The position numbers and the translations under genes are program-made. The notes beneath the pieces were generated by a model that worked only from the letters and a program-made list of their open reading frames with translations, searched no databases and had not been told where the DNA came from. Source: an uncultured Anaerolineae bacterium (GTDB taxonomy: Bacteria; Chloroflexota; Anaerolineae; Aggregatilineales; Ch27). From it: a DNA stretch of 53,238 nucleotides. The DNA lies in the NCBI GenBank assembly GCA_964533805.1, contig CAZHMJ010000004.1, forward strand, positions 1-53,238, given 5' to 3'. This document shows positions 52,919-53,238 of the stretch, piece after piece (position 1 is the stretch's first letter; every line of letters starts with the position of its first letter).

Positions 52919-53238
52919 TCAGGAGAGGGTATCGGCTTCCTCAGCCGCTGCCGCAGCTTTTTTGGCGTCCCGCTCCGCGAGCCGGTCACGCAAGACGTGA
53001 ATCGCCGGCGGCGCCACAGAAATCAGGACGATCAGGACAATGATCGGCAGCAGGTAACGGTCGACATCGGGGATCAGGCTGCCCAGGAAGTAGCCCAGCA
53101 GCGGGATGCCGATCGCCCACAGCGCGCCACCAATCACGTTGAAGGACAGGAAGCGCCGGTAATGCATCGTCCCAATCCCGGCCACAATGGGGGCAAACGT
53201 GCGCACGAACGGCATGAAGCGCGCCAGGATGATGATCT
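52919..53238 (-). CDS. DedA-family membrane protein, C-terminal part (the gene continues beyond the window end)
   Basis: FVRTFAPIVAGIGTMHYRRFLSFNVIGGALWA is the conserved DedA core. The frame is open to the last base of the window. Confidence 0.8.
   Translation of the reverse strand, partial: IIILARFMPFVRTFAPIVAGIGTMHYRRFLSFNVIGGALWAIGIPLLGYFLGSLIPDVDRYLLPIIVLIVLISVAPPAIHVLRDRLAERDAKKAAAAAEEADTLS

Noticed and set aside
1-53238. I looked for CRISPR arrays, IS elements/transposases, integrases, prophage genes, toxin-antitoxin pairs and rRNA/tRNA genes.
   Set aside because: None found. The only tandem repeats are intragenic coding repeats (PPC domains, Cys-rich repeats, Thr/Pro linkers). No recombinase-like ORFs or terminal inverted repeats were seen.

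Overview
High-GC (roughly 60-65%) bacterial chromosomal window, densely coding. Pro/Thr-rich linkers in the exported proteins, DUF2085 and the Tad-like proteins suggest Chloroflexota, but that is a guess from gene content only. I saw no rRNA, tRNA, CRISPR array, transposase or integrase.

Gene content, in order:
- a 2-hydroxyacid dehydrogenase, then an FHA/zinc-ribbon protein and two translationally coupled dynamin-like GTPases
- a ferredoxin, a class II aldolase and a divergent phosphofructokinase with PPi-type residues
- a long minus-strand envelope string: radical SAM, MurA-like, hydrolase, MurF with a membrane N-terminus, Ddl, C39-like peptidase, PPC-repeat lipoprotein, GT2
- NfeD-flotillin-DUF1028-PspA-like, followed by an orphan OmpR regulator
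- three TadE/TadG-like proteins with no pilus motor, the last ending in 8 Cys-rich repeats
- DUF2085 and CcdA
- a rhodanese-SufE-sulfite-oxidase-thioredoxin operon
- M28 peptidase, endonuclease IV-like protein and GalK
- O-antigen ligase-TPR fusion and a flippase
- AsnRS, a PLP dehydratase, then a small SOS-box gene, a macro-like protein, SLT, OsmC and DedA

The three signals I consider most interesting:
1. The thioredoxin-like gene at 34904..35497 is split in the ORF track only by an in-frame TGA. That TGA sits exactly at the first Cys of the W-C-x-x-C redox motif, so it is either a selenocysteine (UxxC) candidate or a very recent pseudogene.
2. The operon containing that gene is preceded by a promoter, an apparently leaderless 35-codon Cys-rich mini-ORF, alternative pairings and a strong intrinsic terminator. 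This looks like a Cys-sensing attenuator.
3. A promoter at about 50640..50700 carries two GAAC-N4-GTTC (LexA/Cheo-type) boxes in front of a 74-aa membrane protein and a macro-like protein.

All family calls come from motif recognition by eye. No database search was run.
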